Virus record (IMG/VR): IMGVR_UViG_3300030098_005177
Location: 1-50,535 of that record
DNA from: a virus
Lineage: Duplodnaviria > Caudoviricetes
DNA: 50,535 bases
Strand: one strand, 5' to 3'
Shown: one piece after another, positions 47,252 to 50,535 of the stretch
How the letters are laid out: each line of letters opens with the position of its first letter
Numbering within the stretch: the stretch's first letter is position 1
Made by a program: the position numbers and the translations under genes
The notes under the pieces: model-generated
The model's database searches: none
The model's input: only the letters and a program-made list of their open reading frames with translations
Told to the model about the DNA's origin: nothing

Positions 47252-47260
47252 AGTCTCTCC

Positions 47261-47407
47261 TTATATTCCATATTTATCTAGTTTCTGCTCTATAGCTTCT
47301 ATACGATCTTCAAGATCGCGGATAAGCATTAGCCAGTCTATTGGAGGATGAGAATCTTTTTCTAAATTTCTCAGCCTCCTCTCGATTTCATTTAATAATT
47401 CTCTCAC
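47261..47407 (-). CDS. Small coiled-coil protein (48 aa)
   Basis: GTG start, RL..LEKDSHPP...LE.RI pattern; fills the intergenic gap. Confidence 0.55.
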   Translation of the reverse strand: MRELLNEIERRLRNLEKDSHPPIDWLMLIRDLEDRIEAIEQKLDKYGI

Positions 47408-47419
47408 CTATAATATAGC

Positions 47420-48202
47420 TTATTCAGATTGCTTATCTTCAGTATCCTCTGAAATAGTTGTCCTTTGAGCAACTAAGTGTCGCTCTTCCTCTACAAGCTC
47501 ATCAATAAGTCGCGTTGTAGAAGTTCCTTCAATTTTATCTACAGTCTTAACAAGATGCTTATCTTTCATACCGTGCATATCTTGGAGGTTATCCACAGCC
47601 TTAAGAAGATTAGACGTCTCTTTCTTATCACGAGCTATCTCAATAGCTTCTTTCAGAAGGTCTAAAGTAAAATCTTCATCTAAACCGTGATCTGTTAACC
47701 TCTTTCCTAGCTCTTCTCTTACCATACCCTTAAAAGTCTCCGTTTTCATAGTTCGTGTCCATTTGCGACGTTGCGAGTTATTTACATCTTCGCCTAATAC
47801 CCACTCTATTGCAAGGTCATAATCAGGCTTAACTGCAAACATCATAGCTAAAGCTTGCATCTTGCTTTGCTTAGACTGAACTTCTATATAAGTTTTGCCA
47901 CTTTGTGTAACATTAGTCTTACGGCCTTTTACCTTTAAAGCCTTTGACTTATACTTAGGGCAAAAAAAAGTATATCCCCAGGGAAAACGCAAGTAAACAT
48001 TATCCCTACCCGCTTTATCTTGATAATCACGGCGTGATATAACTTTTGCAACATATCCGTCGTCAGAAATGCCATAACCACCAGGCTGAGCATCTCTCCA
48101 GTGCGTATAAAGTATTGACTCCTTTTTTGCCTCTTCTTCTCTATATATCGTATAAGTCGTCGCAACTTCATCTCCTCTGTGACGTATGTCAATAGTGTAC
48201 AT
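47420..48202 (-). CDS. Putative terminase small subunit
   Basis: Upstream of terL; C-terminal helical LKEAIEIA...LKAVDNLQDMHG pattern. Confidence 0.45.
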   Translation of the reverse strand: MYTIDIRHRGDEVATTYTIYREEEAKKESILYTHWRDAQPGGYGISDDGYVAKVISRRDYQDKAGRDNVYLRFPWGYTFFCPKYKSKALKVKGRKTNVTQSGKTYIEVQSKQSKMQALAMMFAVKPDYDLAIEWVLGEDVNNSQRRKWTRTMKTETFKGMVREELGKRLTDHGLDEDFTLDLLKEAIEIARDKKETSNLLKAVDNLQDMHGMKDKHLVKTVDKIEGTSTTRLIDELVEEERHLVAQRTTISEDTEDKQSE

Positions 48203-48204
48203 TT

Positions 48205-48666
48205 TTAAAGCTTAATATTACCTTGTTTATACATTCTATATAATTTCATCAATGTTTCTTCGTCAATAGCTGGCTCTACAGGGTTTTGAGCTCCAGGAGA
48301 GTGTAACTGCCTATTAAACTTACCAAACTGACGCATACCTTTTGGTTTTAGGCCAACTTGTTCCGCTGCACGCTTTAAAGGTTTTACTTCTGTAGGAACT
48401 TGAGGTCCACTAGAAGAGTGAGGAAACTTCCACTTAGACTTAAGCATACCTAACATACGCTTTATACCTTTCAAGGCTCCGCCTGAAGGTCCTCCACCGG
48501 TCGTGCCCATAGCCAAATCTAATAAATCTTGACTACTTAATCCTCTCTCTACTAACATACTCTCATAATCAGAAGAACCCGCGCTTCTAAGTTTTGCTTG
48601 CATTATTAATTGATCAATCTTTTCGTTTGCAGCCACACTTCTTCCTTTCTGTATTACAGCAACCAC
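48205..48666 (-). CDS. Hypothetical protein
   Basis: 153 aa ORF in the late arm. Confidence 0.6.
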   Translation of the reverse strand: MVAVIQKGRSVAANEKIDQLIMQAKLRSAGSSDYESMLVERGLSSQDLLDLAMGTTGGGPSGGALKGIKRMLGMLKSKWKFPHSSSGPQVPTEVKPLKRAAEQVGLKPKGMRQFGKFNRQLHSPGAQNPVEPAIDEETLMKLYRMYKQGNIKL

Positions 48667-48805
48667 CTTTATAGTCTAAATCTTCCTTTATATCATTATC
48701 GGTAAGCTTTAGGTCGCTAATATCAATTTCTGTACTAAATATCTTATTAAATTTCTCTGCATACGTTCTACACCACGTCACCCTATACTTACTACCCTTA
48801 CTCAT
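48614..48805 (-). CDS. Small hypothetical protein, Cys-rich C-terminus
   Basis: MSKGSKYR..., GGCC...CGC; abuts the upstream stop. Confidence 0.55.
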   Translation of the reverse strand: MSKGSKYRVTWCRTYAEKFNKIFSTEIDISDLKLTDNDIKEDLDYKGGCCNTERKKCGCKRKD

Positions 48806-49783
48806 CTATGCCCTTAAAAAGTCTAAAGGATCTACATCAATACCTTGCTTCTTGTTCCTTATAGAAGCAGCCTTAGAACCAGCTAGATACTTCCAACCAG
48901 CAAATATAGCGCCTCCTACCGGCGTTCTTAACAGCTTAACTAGATCATCGTCTGAGATAGATTTCAAGTTAACTGCACTGCCCATAGCTTCGGATAACGC
49001 TATCTTAGCCTTATTGCCTATATATCCACTAGAATTAGCTATTAAATCCCGTGCTGTCTCTGGCTCTACCTGCCAATAGCCCTGAGCAGGGCCTCCACCA
49101 ACTTGTCTGTCGTATTTACCACCAGATGACTCGTGGGCAGCGGTTTTCTTCAACATAGTGGCTAATTTAGTACCGGCTATCCCTTCGTCACCTGAAAAAA
49201 CGTCGCCTGCAACATCTGCAGCGCTCTGTATCTTCTGCCCTACTTCGTTATCTAAAGAACCATAAGTACCCTGATCCTTATCAAACTTCTCCATTTTATC
49301 TAAATCTCTAGTAGTTTGGTATATAGTACCCCAAAACTCTGCCTCTGGAGACAGTGCTTGGAACCTTTCACTACGCTCTATAACCCCTTTAGGGTCTAAC
49401 GGAGCTCTTGTGCCCTCAGCTACAGCCTCTACAGGCCTAAACAGGTCTTTTGGATCTTTAGCCATTCTTGAATCCTCGAATATATTAGTTGGTGTTAACA
49501 TTTGTTGAAATCTTGCTACATCTTCGTCAGAATACTCTTTAGTATCACTATCCTGGCTAAAAGCACGCTGATACGAGGGGTTTACTACCTCATCTATAAG
49601 CATATTGGTATCCACACCCTCACTGCCCATATCTGATATAGCCTGTTTTTGGGCGTAATCCGGGCTAGCAGTATCATAATCTAGCTTTGGCACCTCTAAA
49701 TTGTCTATAGGAGTACCTAACTTAGGTTTACTATCTTTCTTAGCTAAAGTATATAAAGTATCAGTATTAAACTTTAGTGCCAT
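48806..49783 (-). CDS. Lysozyme-fold / lytic transglycosylase domain protein
   Basis: C-terminal TAAHESSGG...GPAQGYWQVEPETARD motif; low-complexity acidic N-terminus. Confidence 0.7.
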   Translation of the reverse strand: MALKFNTDTLYTLAKKDSKPKLGTPIDNLEVPKLDYDTASPDYAQKQAISDMGSEGVDTNMLIDEVVNPSYQRAFSQDSDTKEYSDEDVARFQQMLTPTNIFEDSRMAKDPKDLFRPVEAVAEGTRAPLDPKGVIERSERFQALSPEAEFWGTIYQTTRDLDKMEKFDKDQGTYGSLDNEVGQKIQSAADVAGDVFSGDEGIAGTKLATMLKKTAAHESSGGKYDRQVGGGPAQGYWQVEPETARDLIANSSGYIGNKAKIALSEAMGSAVNLKSISDDDLVKLLRTPVGGAIFAGWKYLAGSKAASIRNKKQGIDVDPLDFLRA

Positions 49784-50153
49784 TACTTAAAAAATATCCT
49801 AAAAAATATATAGATAACTAAAAACGCGTTTTTTCTGTGTTATAAGATACAACGCCTAACTTGGTTGAGTAATTACTTAACTAATAGATAACTATATATA
49901 TAGTAAGTTGATTGTTGTTTGTATAGTTCGCAGAAATTTACAAGAAAAAATATATACAAGTCAAGTCAAATTCAAAAATTTATTCTAGAATGTGAACACG
50001 CGATACACCATCACCCGCACCGCTGCAAAAAAAGCCTATGGGGGGTACCAATTCCGTTGAAGTCTTTTTTCTTGCGTTGCGTCTGGTTCTCCCCTGTTCT
50101 CTTTGCTGTACAATTCCGTGCAGTACACATTAAATAGATAAAGGATAATAGAT
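49784..50153. promoter_or_regulatory. Divergent control region (late promoter; probable early promoter / genome-end region)
   Basis: Only long non-coding stretch; separates the divergent arms; TAGATAACTA x2, ACTATATATATAGT palindrome, CAATTCCGT x2. Confidence 0.6.
49935..49964 (-). promoter_or_regulatory. Putative main late promoter
   Basis: TTGACT-N18-TAAATT. Confidence 0.65.
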
Positions 50154-50516
50154 ATGACTACGCAACAAGCTAAAGATAGATTGGAAGAATTGATTAAAGT
50201 TATAAGTAATAATAGTTATAGGATTTTTGATTGGGGTGTTTCAATTCGCAAGAATGATATCAATCATAAAGCCCTTGCTAAGCATAAAGATGAACTACTT
50301 GAATTGTGCTTAATACGTAATAAAGTATTCCAACATCTAGAAGATGTATTTGAAAATAAAATGGACGTTGAAATGGGCCCAGATGGCACCCTTGTACCAG
50401 TTATGAAGAAGGTATATGTGAAGAATAAGGCTGGTTATAATATGATGGAGCGAATTACTATCGGTAAGCCTAAGGAAAGGCCTGCAGATGAAAAGCCTTT
50501 GGGTGATGTGCTATAA
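50154..50516 (+). CDS. First early gene, hypothetical (3' end duplicated at 1-109)
   Basis: 120 aa, AAGGA SD. Confidence 0.7.
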   Translation: MTTQQAKDRLEELIKVISNNSYRIFDWGVSIRKNDINHKALAKHKDELLELCLIRNKVFQHLEDVFENKMDVEMGPDGTLVPVMKKVYVKNKAGYNMMERITIGKPKERPADEKPLGDVL

Positions 50517-50535
50517 CTTCCTGGATGTAATGGAG
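50408..50535. repeat. Terminal direct repeat copy 2
   Basis: Matches 1-128 with one mismatch. Confidence 0.95.

Noticed and set aside
14476-49783. Stop-codon reassignment as in some crAss-like phages
   Set aside because: Long ORFs tile both arms in the standard code, and TAA, TAG and TGA all end genes next to proper downstream starts.
49919-50137. 72-aa ORF in the control region
   Set aside because: TTG start without SD, overlaps the opposite-strand late promoter, atypical composition.

Overview
Essentially complete, circularly closed ~50.4 kb dsDNA tailed-phage genome with podovirus-like gene content. The first and last 128 nt overlap with one mismatch. It has two arms. The + strand arm (50154 -> wrap -> 14442) carries early and replication genes; the - strand arm (49783 -> 14476) carries packaging, head, tail and ejection genes. 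The arms diverge from a non-coding control region at ~49784-50153 and converge on a hairpin at ~14428-14450. The main highlight is a compact, apparently complete phage-encoded ubiquitin-like conjugation cassette in the early region: Ubl ending GG-C, a large E2-like protein, a JAB/MPN isopeptidase and a ThiF/E1 enzyme (2265-6038). Also notable: a 3198-aa crAss-like virion RNA polymerase (DxDGD) fused to a SLOG domain, a stand-alone class IIb aaRS catalytic core, several structured intergenic RNA candidates, and four matching TTG-N18-TAA(A/C)TT promoters that serve only the replication and late genes. No DNA polymerase, integrase, tRNA or CRISPR array was recognised. All calls come from motif recognition by eye; no database searches were run.
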